From contig JAQUAP010000002.1 of assembly GCA_028687205.1 (NCBI GenBank), forward strand, positions 1-45,685: a stretch of DNA of 45,685 nucleotides. The letters are read 5' to 3'. Below are positions 45,448 through 45,685 of this stretch, piece by piece; the first letter of the stretch is position 1; each line of letters begins with the position of its first letter. Position numbers and translations under genes: made by a program. Source of the DNA: Candidatus Omnitrophota bacterium. Lineage in GTDB: Bacteria > Omnitrophota > Gorgyraeia > Gygaellales > Profunditerraquicolaceae. Below the pieces are notes generated by a model. That model did not search any database, was not told the origin of the DNA, and saw nothing but the letters and a program-made list of their open reading frames with translations.

Positions 45448-45685
45448 AATTTTAAGAGATATTTATGGGCGGAATCAACGGCAACCGCTCCCTCGCCGCA
45501 GGCATTGACTACCTGATATAAGCTTTTCCTTACGCAATCCCCGCAGGCAAATATCCCTTCCCTAGAGGCGCGCATTGCTTGGTCAGTAATTATAAACCCA
45601 AACTCGTCTGTTTCCGATACATTTTTTACAAAATCCGTATTCGGGGTTATGCCGACAAATATAAAAACCCCCTGGCAGCTTATCT
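45444..45685 (-). CDS. trxB: Thioredoxin-disulfide reductase, C-terminal ~80 aa only (5' end outside the window)
   Basis: My minus-strand translation reads ...[75 protein letters not shown]. The stop TGA overlaps the pckG ATG (ATGA). Confidence 0.8.
   Translation of the reverse strand, partial: ISCQGVFIFVGITPNTDFVKNVSETDEFGFIITDQAMRASREGIFACGDCVRKSLYQVVNACGEGAVAVDSAHKYLLKL

Noticed and set aside
1-45685. Scan for mobile elements, defence systems (RM, TA, CRISPR-Cas, CBASS, retrons, etc.), prophage genes and rRNA
   Set aside because: No integrase, transposase, Cas, reverse transcriptase, toxin-antitoxin pair or phage structural gene could be recognised in any frame. The only NYN nuclease is the housekeeping YacP/Rae1 type.

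Overview
This is a 45.7 kb bacterial window, roughly mid-40s %GC by eye, apparently from a diderm lineage because lptD is present. Every credible gene lies on the minus strand, with short gaps or overlaps between genes. All plus-strand ORFs in the track look like antisense shadows.

Content, in plus-strand coordinate order:
- yebC (3'-truncated at the window edge), RNase P RNA, RNase HI and a COG1579 zinc-ribbon protein.
- tRNA-Val(CAC), two tandem tRNA-derived GC-rich repeat units, and tRNA(CAU).
- A TPR protein, a small membrane protein and a PAS-GGDEF-HD-GYP sensor.
- rpoD, dnaG, a NIF3-like protein and cvpA.
- A nucleotide-sugar block (UXS, UDP-HexNAc dehydrogenase-like, ugd), then lptD, a transaldolase/FSA and a ROK glucokinase.
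- Two overlapping GGDEF cyclases, an orphan MalK/MsmX-like ATPase, accD, a DUF1015 protein and an FmdB zinc ribbon.
- The heat-shock operon dnaJ-dnaK-grpE-hrcA, with a CIRCE element and an HspR-like MerR gene upstream.
- hflX, miaA, a TPR-SPOR protein and miaB.
- A methyltransferase/GT2 fusion, a large polytopic (GT-C-like) membrane protein and a small membrane protein.
- A Cu P-type ATPase, a TM-helix-repeat protein, an MBL hydrolase and a YacP/NYN nuclease.
- An LPG-synthase-TM-like protein, purC, pckG and the 3' end of trxB.

I see no rRNA, CRISPR array, integrase, transposase or recognisable defence genes. I do not see a clear multi-gene novel system. The most unusual, unexplained structure is the pair of ~177/198 bp structured repeats between the two tRNA genes (2311..2735). 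Each repeat ends in an intact copy of the 3' third of the adjacent tRNA(CAU). Secondary curiosities are listed in the findings.

All homology calls come from reading the translations and recognising motifs. No database search was run.
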